A DNA stretch of 63,943 nt, filler included, from Reticulomyxa filosa (GCA_000512085.1; 21 parts of 21 records of this genome joined end to end with filler, not necessarily neighbours in it), one strand, 5' to 3'; positions 24,482 through 37,307 are shown, counted from the whole stretch's first letter. Numbers and translations: made by a program. The notes: a model not told the origin generated them from the sequence alone.

Positions 24482-25266
24482 TATCGGGCTGCTAGCCTAA
24501 ATCAGATTCATCAAAGCAGAAAATTCAACCAAAAAAAATTTGATGAAGGATAGTATCCATTCTTACTTTTAACATTTCGAATATTTTTATTATCTGAAAC
24601 ATGTATCCGATTGAAACAAGAAAAGGATATAACATTTACAAAATGTACAAAAAAGGTGTGAAAGAATTGCAAGTTCAATTGGCAACTTATTGAGATTATA
24701 TCACAGTTGAAGAGTTTAAACACAAATGTCCAGATTTGATGGATAATTGGAGTTGCAATGTGGTGGATCGGTTGATGATTTTGAGGTCATGTAATGAAAC
24801 GAGTTTGGTGGTTGGTCATGACGGTCATTGTATTTATTTAAGTTTATGTAAAACATTTGATTATGTTTTGGTTAGAGTAGATAATCGATGGATGGACACA
24901 GTCCCATTGAATACACCACATCCAAAGAATGGTGCATTGATTCAACCTTATTTGATTGCTTATTTCAAATTAAATGGCCCAAATATTGATAAAAACAAGG
25001 AATGGTTGAATGAATATATTAAAAATACAACTAAATTGAAAGATAGTGGAATCAATGATAGTATGAAACATTTGTATTACAGCAATTATAATCCTCGTGA
25101 GTGAAATGTATCATCAATAGTGAAAGATTGGCCATATCGTCCAATTCAAACAAATGCCGAAAATTGTTATTTGAGAAGTCACAATGTTGGATATCGAATT
25201 CGTTTGGGTAATGTTGTTTATCAATGGTTTAGAGATCAGGAACTCAAGAGTTTTGTGTTCATGTGA
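24482..25266 (+). pseudogene. Disrupted gene with a candidate CE-clan-like cysteine protease domain
   Basis: GHDGHCIY, VRVDNRW, then an in-frame TGA at 25102-25104 followed by WPYRPIQTNAENCYLRSH...FVFM*. An upstream TAG and frameshift are also present. Confidence 0.55.
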
Positions 25267-26044
25267 CCCCTTTGTTATCTCCTGTTTCTTAAAATTGAAA
25301 CATCAAATTTTTTTTTGTGGTGTTAATTTATTCAAGTTACTGTATAATTGGAGTTTTAATTAATTATCTTATTGGTGAATAAACGTTTAATTCGTTTCTG
25401 AATTTGATGAAAAATCTTTGTTAGTAATAACATCATTTGCTCAATTTGCATGTAGCCAATGGCATACATTAGTTGTTATGCCATTAGATTTTGTAGAGGC
25501 AATATTCTATAATCATTAATTTTTCAGAATATACCACATATACAACATTGACAAACTTGAAATGTTATTCAACAAACAGTTGCAGTGTTGAGTATTAAAT
25601 AACATGTCCATCAAAGAAAAATATCATCTTTGAATATGAGTTAAAGTAATAATATTCTGTGAAGAAAGGGCTGATGATAGCATTTTTTTATTCTCGATTT
25701 TTGAATTAAATATTTGCTTATTTTTAAGTTTTTAAATGAAGGAAAGTAAATGTTGGGATATCATACCTTTTGTATTAGTTATTTATTCCCGTGTTACATT
25801 GTTATTCTCCAGTTAACACAAAATAATAAGGGTGCAGATGTAAAAATAAAAATAAAAATGTATATCTAGTTGCTTTCTTTGTTAGAAATGGTGCTGTTTG
25901 TCGTAATGCAATGTTTTTGTAATGATCAATGTAAAGATAATAATTAGTGAAATTGTTCTCATTATGTTAATCTTGTAAATGATTCAAAAGTAATGTTAGT
26001 ACCCTTTCACTTCTGCAAGCCAATGTTTTTTTTCTAAAAATTAC

Positions 26045-29000
26045 ATTATCTTTTAAATTGTCTAAGTTGATGCAAAGGCAACGTTTTACCCCTTTGACTT
26101 AAGTAAGAACATGAAAGAGAAAAAAATAAAAAAATGGAACTGTCTCTTTTTAAAACACTTTATACTTCAAATAAACCTTTGTTGCAAAGGACAATTCTGT
26201 TTAAAAAAAAAGTTGTTGAAAAATTTTTTAAAAGTGTTGTTTATATACTTTCTGAACATATACACTTTATATATAGATGATAATTTTTGAAAATTTAAAC
26301 AAGTGCGAACTTTTACTTTCACTGGAATAATAGAAAAACTTATGTCATGAAAGAAACACGTTAAATTAGAGTTTATTAATATTACACATAAATTCAAAAA
26401 AATCACATGCGATTTCAAATGACTTCTTACTTTATGTCATTTCCTACAACAAATTATAAATCAACTCAATTAATAACACGTTTGTTTTTGAAATTATTTG
26501 ATAAATTTGATCCTATCAACAAATATTTACAATATGATAAGAAAAAAGAAACAACTGGAATTTCAAGTACAAACTTACCAAAAAGTTATGCTAGATTGTA
26601 CTTACAAAAGTTATGCAGATAAATGATGAGGCACAAGTGATATTGGAATTTATTGTCATCATTTTGCAAACTTGTTTGTAATTTTTCAAATGTAGTAAAG
26701 ATATACGTCATTTGTTTGTTCATCTGGAGAGTGAAAGAGAAGATCAAACAAATGAACTTTTGTTGTACAAAACACAGTGCATTGAATAAACTAATACAAT
26801 GATTTTAAAATAATATCAATGAGCTTTTGCTGGTCGAATACAATATTTTACTTGTTTGACAATAATTGATATTTGACTCTTACAAAGTATTCAATCATTT
26901 TTTTTTGTATGTTACCATTATCAACATTGAACTAAAATCTTACAATTCTATCATAACATTATCATTACACAATTTCTTTAAACTTTTAATAAGTATAAAT
27001 TAAAATTTCTCACTATTTAAACTTTGCAAAAATTTTTATTAAGTATAATGATAATACTTTCGTAAAAAAAGTGTCATTCATGTACTTATTTTCGAGTGTA
27101 TGAAGTCTATTAAAGCAAATTGAAGATAATAATCTTAATTGATTTATCAATTAAAGCAAAATTTAATATATGTTGCCAATTAAAACACTGTTTAATGCAA
27201 ATTTCTTTTCAAATTACAAATTAATATAAAATCTATTCAAAATAAACTTATTTTATTTTATTTCTTCGATTGAATTGTTCGTATGTAAATGAAAATATTA
27301 TCAACTCGTTAATATATTTATTTAAATATATAAGCATATGTTCAGGAATAAGCACATTCAATGCACATTTTTTAAGAGTTGAATATATTTTTAACTCAAC
27401 AAATTCTAAAGAATTATATGCAATAATAATGTTTAAAAAAGATTATAAAATTAGCTATATGAATGATTTCATTTCACTTATTCGAATATCAAATCTTATA
27501 GTTTTGACAATGTCAAACTCTTTACCGGCAAATACGTATTCTTTTCCTTTTGTAATTGGATGTGAATTGTTCAATAGATTTGGATAAATTCTATGCAAAG
27601 TATTGAACATATTCAAACGACTCACAGCAAAAGCGTGTAGTATTTAAATTTTAAGTAATTTGCACTTGTTCTGAGTGCTGTATCCTTGCATTTAATTTGA
27701 GCAATCAATGTGAAGATTGCAAGGATACGACGCCCAAATGCAGAAATCAATGTCTATTTTTGAAATATGTTAAATGTATTTGCAAATTGCACATTCTCTT
27801 TGGTATAGTCATTGTGTCAATCTGTTAAATAAATAATAATTCCATTGGTTTTCGGCTTTCCTTTTCTCCTTTCTTCCAAGTGTTTTTGTTTTGTATAATC
27901 ATACAAAATTAAATCATCAAAAGTATTACCGAAGCTCCGAAAATGAATAAGTTTGTCTTTTTGGATAAACCAGAATACATTTACAACAATGCAAAACATA
28001 ACCAATGATAATGACAATACAATCAGAGAATCTATAACAAATTTATGTCTCTTTGACAAATAATGTTATTTATCTTTGAAATGGAAAAAAATTAAACAAG
28101 CTATTCAGAGTGATATATGCATTACAAAAAGGAAGATTTTTTTCTTTACTGACAAAATGACGGAAAAGATACAAACAATGACAATGCAAAAGAGTATACG
28201 TCATAAAGGATTTTTTTCTTCGCAAAAACTTATTTGCTATTTAATGGTGTCGTTGCCATTTTTTGAAATAAAGTATTCGGATATCAGCAAATATTTTGTA
28301 CAATGAACAAAGTTTCTTTTGATCCGAAAGAATAATAAATTTCTTTGCATGATATTTGTGTTTATCCTCATGTATAATTGGACAATCATTATCTCAAAAA
28401 AGGAAGACAGTTGATTGAAGTGGTACAACAACTAAATTGTTACAAGTGTACCGACATCTATTTGCAATGCATCTCAGAAATTGTGATAATACTGTCGTTT
28501 TTCTTTAAAAATATGGTTTAGAATTATGTTTTGTTAAAGTGGAAATATAGCAAATAAGTCTTGATAAATGAGAATTATTCAAAAACGTTTGTTTTTTATT
28601 TGTCAAACCAATCACTTTTTTCAAGCAGAGAAGATAGCCTTGTTTTTCATCAATTCTCTTAACAAACAGAGATAAGGCATTTGGCTTTTCAAAAAAATTT
28701 GGTCAGAAAGTAACTTCTTTTCATTATGGGAGAGGCCTTCTGGCGTCTGTGGACGTTGCTTTCACACCAAGAGTCCATTTGTTTGGCCTTCTTTTCCACT
28801 CTCCAGACGAAAAATAAAGAAATGACGATTACTTTTACAATATTTGAAAAATTACAAACAAGTTTGCAAAATGATGGAAATTAATTCTGATGTTACTTGT
28901 ACCTTTCATCATTTGTAAACACAACCCAGCATAACTGTTTATGTGGTAATGTTTGTACTTGTAGAATCATCTGTATTATTGTCATTTCAAAACTGGTTCT

Positions 29001-29785
29001 TTTTTTTCTTGTCATATTGTAAATATTTGACATATCAATTTGTTATATGAAATGACATAAAGTAAGAAGCAATTTGAAATCACTTAATTATTTTTTTGAA
29101 TTTGTGTGATATTAATAAACTATCATTTAAAATATTTTTTCTCAGATATAAGTTTTTCCCATTATTCCAGCGAAGTAAAAGTTCGCACATGTTCAAATGT
29201 TATAAAATGTCATTTATATAAAGTGAATAGCCAAAAAATAAGTACATGAATAACACTTTTTCAAATTTTTTTTTGTTTTGAACATTATTGTCTTTTGCGA
29301 CAAGGTTTGATGTTTATTACGAAATTTGGATTTGTTTGTGCAAATAACAAAATAGACTAGCTAATTTCATGAACATGTCCAGCACAACAATTTTTTTTGA
29401 ATATTGTCTCAATAATTTACTTTCTTTTTTTAGCTTGCAAATGAATATAACATTCACACATTAAATTTCTTTGATAAATATATATTATTATTTATCATTG
29501 TCAACAAATAAGCATATGTTCAAAAATAAGCACATTCAAGACACATTTTTAAAGAGTTACATATATTTTTTTAAGCAATTAATTTTAAAAGAATTATATA
29601 CCAAAATAATGCTAAAAAAAGATTATAAAATTGTTGTATAAATGATTTTATTTGATTTATTTTGAAATATCAACAAAGGAGTAGTTTCATTTTTTTTACT
29701 TTTTTGTCTTTTGTGTTCTTACTTAAGTTAAAGGAGTAAAATATTGCCTTTGTACCGACTTAGAAGACGTAAAGATAATTCTTTG
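26045..29785. repeat. Diverged non-coding repeat modules in inverted and direct arrangement
   Basis: About 26170-26720 is the reverse complement of about 28815-29320; about 26045-26150 is the reverse complement of about 29675-29785; about 27325-27490 is directly repeated at about 29508-29672. Confidence 0.85.
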
Positions 29786-30054
29786 AACAAATTGAAAGAA
29801 TAATCCAATCTGTGTTTTCGTGTAGTTTTCTAACTTATTGATTATTTGATATTTTTAATGTTAAATTTTGTTTGTATGCAATTGTTTTGTAGCTACTTTT
29901 TGATACATAGTTATTTTCTTTTAATCCATGAATAAAACATTGAAAACTCTCTCCAATTGTCTATTATTCAATTTTGTTGATATTGTTTCAAGTGATTTTC
30001 ACATACAACAATAGCATACTTATCTTTGTATTTTAATCAATACTGTGGTGAAAA

Positions 30055-30400
30055 CACAAACAAAGACAAAATAAAGAAAAGAAAATGTTCAAACTAAAAA
30101 AAATTTTCAACTAGTAAAATTTATCTAGATGAAAAGTTATTGCGATTTTGCGCAAGATCAGATATGAACAATACTTCAAGATATTATTAGAAACTACAAA
30201 AACTAGAAGCCAAAACGATCTAAAACAAATATTGCAAATAAAGATTTATATATTTGATATTGATTAAGCTACAATTACAAAATTCAATATTTACACAATC
30301 GATTATTATCAGTATTAAATTTTAAATTTTTTTCTTTAATTTGTTAAAAGAAGTATATTGAATCTAAGTATTTTATGATAATTTGACAATTCGAAAATAT
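30055..30400 (+). repeat. Interspersed repeat, second copy at about 52565-52866
   Basis: Shared blocks AACTAGTAAA, TATTGCGATTTTGCGC(A/G)AGATCAGATAT and CTTTAATTTGTTAAAAGA...TTGAATCT...TTCGAAAA occur in the same order on two contigs. Confidence 0.8.
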
Positions 30401-30815
30401 CATTTTTAATATTTTTTTTATAATTTTATAATTTATTACACTATTGTCTTTAGCTAATGTTGACACATTTTGAACTAAAGCAATATTAAATAGTTACCAA
30501 ATATTGATCTTTTGATTTTAACACTATTTACTAAGTATTAGTTATCATTTGTTTTTCAATTAAAAATTTAATTAGTTCCATTTGCATTGCAAATAAGAAA
30601 TACTCTTTGATATAAAAAATGACATTTTTGACGTCAATCAATTGATAATATCTAACTTAATTCAAATAGATATTCGATATGTAATTTATTCCGACAATTA
30701 TTCTCACAAAGTTGCAAAAATAATTAATTCAGAAATTGACTTTCCAACGGTGTATTTATTATTTATTTGACATTAGCCGTATCTGCACAATAGACAATGC
30801 CAGCATATGAAGCTG

Positions 30816-31805
30816 CTACCGTTTCTGTTTGGAGAAAAGCTGAGGTCCAGTTGATGTACTTGCAGCATGTGCAGTAGAAATGATAAGATTCCCCTGATGT
30901 GAGGGTATTCCCATTTCATCCAACATTTGTTTGGAAATTTGATGTAAAGTGACACATGACTTTGTATTCCAATTTAATGTATCAACGACTTTTGCTGAGT
31001 CGTTCAGTTTGGCTTCTATCTGCACGTTTACATGTTGAGCTTGCATTTGTGCAAGTTTGTTTAACGCAAAAGGCAAGCTAATATTAGGAGTTTTCTGTGT
31101 AGCAGTTGCAGCAGCATTGGACGGATTTTTATTGCTAAGCAAATCATTGAGATTGTCAGTGTTTGCAACAAATTTGAAATACCTAGGATTACTCAATCCA
31201 TGCATTGAAAAGCCTTTGAGCCATTCCGACATTTTTGCTGTAATGCTATCATTTGTCTCTCGATTCAAAAGTCGTTCTTCATTGTTCACTCTACCAGAAG
31301 GAGATGCAGAATTCAACTCCTCTACTTCTGTCACGTCCCCTTGTAGCCATTTATCAAACACTCCTAGTGTCGTATCACAGTACGTCGCCAGTTCAGACAT
31401 GTTTAAATGATATAATGTTATGGCCAAACCCATTTCTTCTCGAACTTTGTCACTCTCTTTTCTTTTGTCGTTTACTTGCAGTGTCGGTTTTACACTGACG
31501 CCAACTTGATTTACTTTTCTTTTTTTATTTGGCGAACTGTTCAGTATCAAGTTCACATGCTCTTCCGTAAAGGCAATGTGCATATTACTGGAGGGACCGT
31601 ATTTTGGTGCTACTCTCCGTGCAAAACTATAATCGTCCTCATCGTTGTCGTTCATTTCGATTTTTTCTTCATGTGTCCTCGTTTCCCTTTGTTCGTTGCC
31701 CGTTTTTGTTTTTCCTGCCTGACGATGTCTGCTTATATGACCGCCCAACGCTTGTCCATTTTTAAAGGTTTTCCCACAGTGCGGGCATTCATGTGTCCAA
31801 GGCAT
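30816..31805 (-). CDS. C2H2 zinc-finger (QALGGH) protein with putative HTH and SNF5-like repeat
   Basis: HECPHCGKTFKNGQALGGHISRH; basic NLS-like PNKKRK; uninterrupted 329-aa ORF. Confidence 0.85.
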   Translation of the reverse strand: MPWTHECPHCGKTFKNGQALGGHISRHRQAGKTKTGNEQRETRTHEEKIEMNDNDEDDYSFARRVAPKYGPSSNMHIAFTEEHVNLILNSSPNKKRKVNQVGVSVKPTLQVNDKRKESDKVREEMGLAITLYHLNMSELATYCDTTLGVFDKWLQGDVTEVEELNSASPSGRVNNEERLLNRETNDSITAKMSEWLKGFSMHGLSNPRYFKFVANTDNLNDLLSNKNPSNAAATATQKTPNISLPFALNKLAQMQAQHVNVQIEAKLNDSAKVVDTLNWNTKSCVTLHQISKQMLDEMGIPSHQGNLIISTAHAASTSTGPQLFSKQKR

Positions 31806-32577
31806 GGAATTTTTTTTAGATAAATATATATATATAATTTTGTCAGTGGAAACACAAAAAAGCTAGCGCAAAAACTTAAAAGTTTCCGTACAGCGATTTC
31901 GGTTCAAGGCAAAAAATAGTTTAATTTAATTTTAAAAGTTGGAAATGATACTTTTTTTTTATAGCGTAGTGACTTTAGACACAAGTTAATTGGAATTTTC
32001 AAAAGACTTTCTGCACTGATACAAAAAAAAACAAATCGTTCCAATTCATCCCAAAAACCGAACAATGGGAGGGAAAAAAAAGACAACCACATAAGTCTCT
32101 CGATCACTAAAAAAAAACAACAGAAAAAACAAATAATGAAAACCAAAGACATCATCATGTTTGATGTCACCCTGCACATACACATGACAGAGGTGATGCA
32201 TTGCAGAAGAACAAGAATAACAACAAAAAAAACAGTTTCTTTTTTTTTTATTTTAGTTTTGTTCCTTTTCCCTTTTTATTTCAAAGAAAGACAACCAAAA
32301 TGACCAATGAACATTTCACGAGAAAAAAAAAACAAAAGGGAAAAAAATCAAAACAAAAAAAAAACATACATATTGGAAAAAAAAAACACCATTGGTTGAT
32401 ACATAAAACACAAGAAAAAAAATAAAAAAATAAAAGTGAAGATTAAGACATAAAAAGGAAGGAGGAAAGAAAAAAAANNNNNNNNNNNNNNNNNNNNNNN
32501 NNNNNNNNNNNNNNNNNNNNNTTAATTAATTAANNNNNNNNNNNNNNNNNNNNNNNNNNNNNNNNNNNNNNNNNNNN

Positions 32578-33157
32578 GGTTTTGTCATATGATGAAGAAC
32601 AAATGACATCTTGACGATGATGATAATGATATGACGAAAATTTCACACAATACACATCATCTGAATGTCCATTGAATGATTGAAATTGTTTATTGTTATC
32701 AACATCCCACACACGAACTGTTTTATCAGCTGATCCAGAACAAATGAATTGACAATCACCAAATGTCGAATAATCAATACTCCACACAATGTCTGTATGT
32801 CCAGTGAACGTATTGATTAATTTGGATGATGAACGAAATGTGTCAAACATGAAGACAGTAGATGCCTATGTTAAATAAACATTTGAGTATTTTAACTGAT
32901 ATTTTTTTAAAAAAGAAAGAACAAATAAACTAACATAATTGACAACAAGTTTGTCAAAATCCTGGATCCATCCTAATTTAATATTTAATGTTCTAATCCA
33001 ATATTTAGTGATTACTTTAATTTCTTCTTCGAACAGATTTATCTGAAATTGCAATCAATCAAACCTTAAAAGTAACTCTTTCTGAAGGATAAGTTAAAAT
33101 GAAATGTACCGCTGCTTGTTGTGCTGCTTGTACTTTTTTACTGACAAAATTTCCCAT
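32578..33157 (-). CDS. WD40-repeat protein, 3'-partial, paralog of 14387-15776
   Basis: Exons MGNFVSKKVQAAQQAA / EEEIKVITKYWIRTLNIKLGWIQDFDKLVVNY / FTGHTDIVWSIDYS...ICSGSADKTVRVWD; same exon layout as the paralog. Confidence 0.9.
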
Positions 33158-34197
33158 TTGCTTTGTCTTAGATGATGATTAGTATGATGCAAGAGTTAAA
33201 CTTGGAACTTTTTTTTATTCTAAAGGGGCTTGTCAAACTGCTTTGATGACAGCAGATCAACATTTTTGCTATGCCATATATTTTTTTTTTAGTTTTAAAA
33301 TAAAGAAATAAACCACCGAAAATTAAAGTCAATTTTTTGGAATGAGAAAATTATAAATTTACCGATTATTTAGAAAGTACTTTGTTATCACATTACAAAC
33401 TTTTTCTGTACTTTATTTATTTTGTTGACTTTTTCATTCTTATTTCTGTTTAATTTACCTATTAATGTACTGCTTCTCTAAAATAGCTACATGTTGATAG
33501 ATGTTTCAGGCAATCAAAATAACGATTATTTCCAAATAAATTACAGTATAATTTTAAGACAATCAAAAATTAGGATTGGCTAAACGCGATCAAACAAAAG
33601 ATCAAAAGTCATTAACTATTAAACATTCAGAATGTTTTATCTTAATTTTTAAATATTTTTACAATCTCTGAGGAAAATATTTTGTTTAAATTCTTAATTT
33701 TTTTATTAAGTTGACAATTACAATCAAAAAGTTTAAATATTTTCATGCTTGCTTTGTTTTTTTCACCATCCAAATTACCGAATGTACTTGGTTTTTAATA
33801 AAGTGTAGAAAATTAAATGCATTTTTGAATTCTCTAGGATGAATATTATTTTAAAAAAAGAATTTATCTTGACAATTTGCTATGTCATTTCTAAGTATAT
33901 GACTTGATCAACCAAACCTCTTTGCGATTGGGTTTTGTGATTTGTTTAATGACATAAAGTAATTCTTTTCTTCGATGTGAAGTAATTGCTTCATCAATAT
34001 TTTCATGACTAATCTATATATCTGCCAATACATTTAAACATTTCAATGTATCAACCAGATTTCTCACAAGTAAAAGTATTCTATAATTTCCTTCGCANNN
34101 NNNNNNNNNNNNNNNNNNNNNNNNNNNNNNNNNNNNNNNNNTTAATTAATTAANNNNNNNNNNNNNNNNNNNNNNNNNNNNNNNNNNNNNNNNNNNN

Positions 34198-34662
34198 CAA
34201 TTTAAGACCATTCCGCTGCAGGAAATTATTGACAATGATAACGTATTACGTACCATTCAACGAAATGATCAATTGCTGGTAGACCATGATACTGGCTTTA
34301 AATACGAGTCTTCTCAGGACCCTTATTATATGGATTTCACGCCCTATGTTCATTTGTCCCCTTTTACGATCCAAGAAAATACACCTGTTTTGCGGTGCTA
34401 TCAACTGTTCCGACAGATGGGGCTGCGACATGTATGCGTATTAAATGACCAGAACGAGGTGACAGGAATCATCACTGCCCACAATTTAACTCAACAATTT
34501 CTGAAGCAGGTGGTGGAAAAAATGAAGTCTCAAATGAAACATGGTTATCGACAATTCGTTGATGATCGCATGGTTTTGCTTCAAAAAAATTGCGATACTA
34601 AACAAATCACTCAATATATTGCTGAACAAATTGAAAAACAACAAGCCAAAACCAAGCAATAG
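34198..34662 (+). CDS. CLC chloride channel/antiporter C-terminus (second CBS domain)
   Basis: MDFTPYVHLSPFTIQENTPVLRCYQLFRQMGLRHVCVLNDQNEVTGIIT matches CLC-6/7-type CBS2. Confidence 0.85.
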   Translation, partial: QFKTIPLQEIIDNDNVLRTIQRNDQLLVDHDTGFKYESSQDPYYMDFTPYVHLSPFTIQENTPVLRCYQLFRQMGLRHVCVLNDQNEVTGIITAHNLTQQFLKQVVEKMKSQMKHGYRQFVDDRMVLLQKNCDTKQITQYIAEQIEKQQAKTKQ

Positions 34663-35541
34663 CCTCAAACTAACAGGAGGATTTTTTTTTCAATTACCTT
34701 CTTGATTGTATTATCTACTCTTCATGTGTTTCAGCCAAATTTTTGTTTCAAAACATCATTATTCACGTTTTGCTTCTATTCCATCTAAGCATATTTTATT
34801 AAGGATTACGTTGCAAATGTTCATTTGATTAATTATTAAAAATTTTTAAAAGATATCTACAGGCGTTGCAGAAAAAACCGTACATAAAATGTCACTCATG
34901 TATTTTTCCAAAAATTAAGGGTTATCATTTCAGAAAGAAAGAAACAGTATTTTAAAACAAAAGTGAAACATTCTCGGGCTTTGTTTCAAATCTCGTTCTT
35001 GTGTTTGTAGTTGTATTGTTTACTGCAAAACTTGAAATTTTTCTACTAGTTTTTTTTGTCATGAATTATGACCAACGACGTATGTACTAGATCTTCTCCA
35101 ACATCATAGCGCATGGTCACAGACGAGTCATCTAGTTTCAAAGTTGTGACTGTACTCGAAATGTGATGACGTTCAAGTTTCAGCAAAGACAACTGTCAAT
35201 GCACACGCTATGCTATTGACAGACATATAGCAATATTTGTCTTATAGTCTCGATATCTTTACAAATTGAGACAAAAAATATAGAAATATCCAACACATTG
35301 AACGGTACGTTCACACTAGACTAGTCAGTTATTGTCGAAATAGCTTACGTCGACAAGATTATCGTTGTAAATTTGATCTACGAATATAATATTCGTAATA
35401 ATATTCAGCCAACGTACGAACAAACTGTTGATTTGATAAAGNNNNNNNNNNNNNNNNNNNNNNNNNNNNNNNNNNNNNNNNNNNNTTAATTAATTAANNN
35501 NNNNNNNNNNNNNNNNNNNNNNNNNNNNNNNNNNNNNNNNN

Positions 35542-37020
35542 TATCCAATCTAATTTTCAATGATTTTTTATGATATTCAATTGCTTTATCATATTCTCTT
35601 TTGTTATTACAAACATTCCCCAAATTGTTGTATGAAATAGCAACATGAGGATGATCATGCCCCAGTTTATCCAATCTAATTTTCAATGATTTTTCATAAT
35701 ATTCAATGGCTTTGTCATATTCTCCTTTCTTCCAATAAACACTTCCCAAATTGTGGTATGAAGTAGCAACATTAGGATGATTATATCCCAATTTATCCAA
35801 TCTAATTTTCAATGATTTTTCGTAATATTCAATGGCTTTGTCATATTCTCCTTTGCTTTCATAAACATTCCCCAAACTGTTATATAAAGTAGCAACATCA
35901 GGATGATCATGTCTCAATTTTTTCAATTCAATTTTCAATGACTTTTTATGATACTTAATTGCCTTGTTATATTCTCCTTTCTTCCAATAAACACTTCCCA
36001 AATTGTGATATGAAGCGGCAACACCAGGATGGTCATATTTCAATTTATCCAAGCTAATTTTCAAATCTTTTTCACGACATTCAATGGATTTGTCATATTC
36101 TCCTTTGCTTTCATAAACATTCCCCAAACTATTGTATAAAGCAGCAACACGAGGATGATCATGTCCCAATTTATCCAATACAATTTTCAATGATTTTTCA
36201 TAATATCCAATTGCTTTGTCATATTCTCCTTTGCTTTCATAGACATTTCCCAAATTGTTATATGAAGTAGCAACATCAGGATGATCATATCCCAATTTAT
36301 CCAAGCTGATTTTCAAATCTTTTTCATAATATTCAATTGCTTTGTCGTATTCTCCTTTGCTTTTATGAACATTTCCTAAATTGTTATATGAAGTAGCAAC
36401 ATCAAGATGATCATGTCCCAATTTATACAAGGTAATTTTCAAATCTTTTTTATAATATTTAATTGCTTTGTCATATTCCCCTTTGCTTTTATAAACAAGT
36501 CCCAAATTGTTGTATAAAGTAGCAACATCAGGATGATCATGTCCCAATTTATCCAATGTAATTTTCAATGATTTTTCATAATATCCAATTGCTTTATCAT
36601 ATTCTCCTTTGTTTTCATAAACATTTCCCAAATTGTTGTATGAAGTAGCAACATGAGGATGATCATGTCCCAATTTACTCAATTGAATTTTCAATGACTT
36701 TTCATAATATTCAATTACTCTGTCATATTCTCCTTTGCTTTCATAAACATTTCTCAAATTGTTGTATAAAGTAGCAACATGAAGATGATCATGTCCCAAT
36801 TTATCCAAACTAATTTTCAAATCTTTTTCATAACATTCAATGGCTTTGTCATATTCTCCTTTGCTTTCATAAACATTTCCCAAACTGTTGTATAAAGTAG
36901 CAACACTAGGATGATCATGTCCCAATTTATCCAATCTAATTTTCAGTGATTTTTCATAATATTCAATTGCTTTGTTATATTCACATCTTCTCTTATATGC
37001 TTTGCCTAACCAGAAATAAG
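35542..37020 (-). CDS. TPR protein fragment: 11 complete tandem 42-aa (126-bp) repeats
   Basis: Consensus DKLGHDHPxVATxYNNLGNVYESKGEYDKAIEYYEKSLKIxL; the frame is open across the whole contig. Confidence 0.95.
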
Positions 37021-37307
37021 NNNNNNNNNNNNNNNNNNNNNNNNNNNNNNNNNNNNNNNNNNNNTTAATTAATTAANNNNNNNNNNNNNNNNNNNNNNNN
37101 NNNNNNNNNNNNNNNNNNNNCCTTTTCAAATTGACTCAGCTTCCATTTTTATAATCAAAATGTGACTAAACATTAAACAAAATGAACACTAGAATATTTA
37201 AATTTAAAACAATTGTAGGATTTTAATAATTTTTGATCGTTCACTTCAAATTCAACAAAACCAAAAATTCTGGAACGAGTGACGTGTACAATAGATAATC
37301 TTATATC

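Noticed and set aside
25102-25104. Selenocysteine or stop-codon reassignment at the in-frame TGA
   Set aside because: The same gene has an upstream TAG and frameshift, the TGA is not at the catalytic position, and intact genes in the window end at TGA, TAA and TAG normally.
26167-28431. Short AT-rich ORFs as genes
   Set aside because: F/I/K/N-rich, and several overlap non-coding repeat modules whose second copies do not keep the frame.
35542-37020. CRISPR array or diversity-generating retroelement
   Set aside because: The units are contiguous 126-bp coding repeats without spacers. The RT at 53493 is LINE-type and unlinked.
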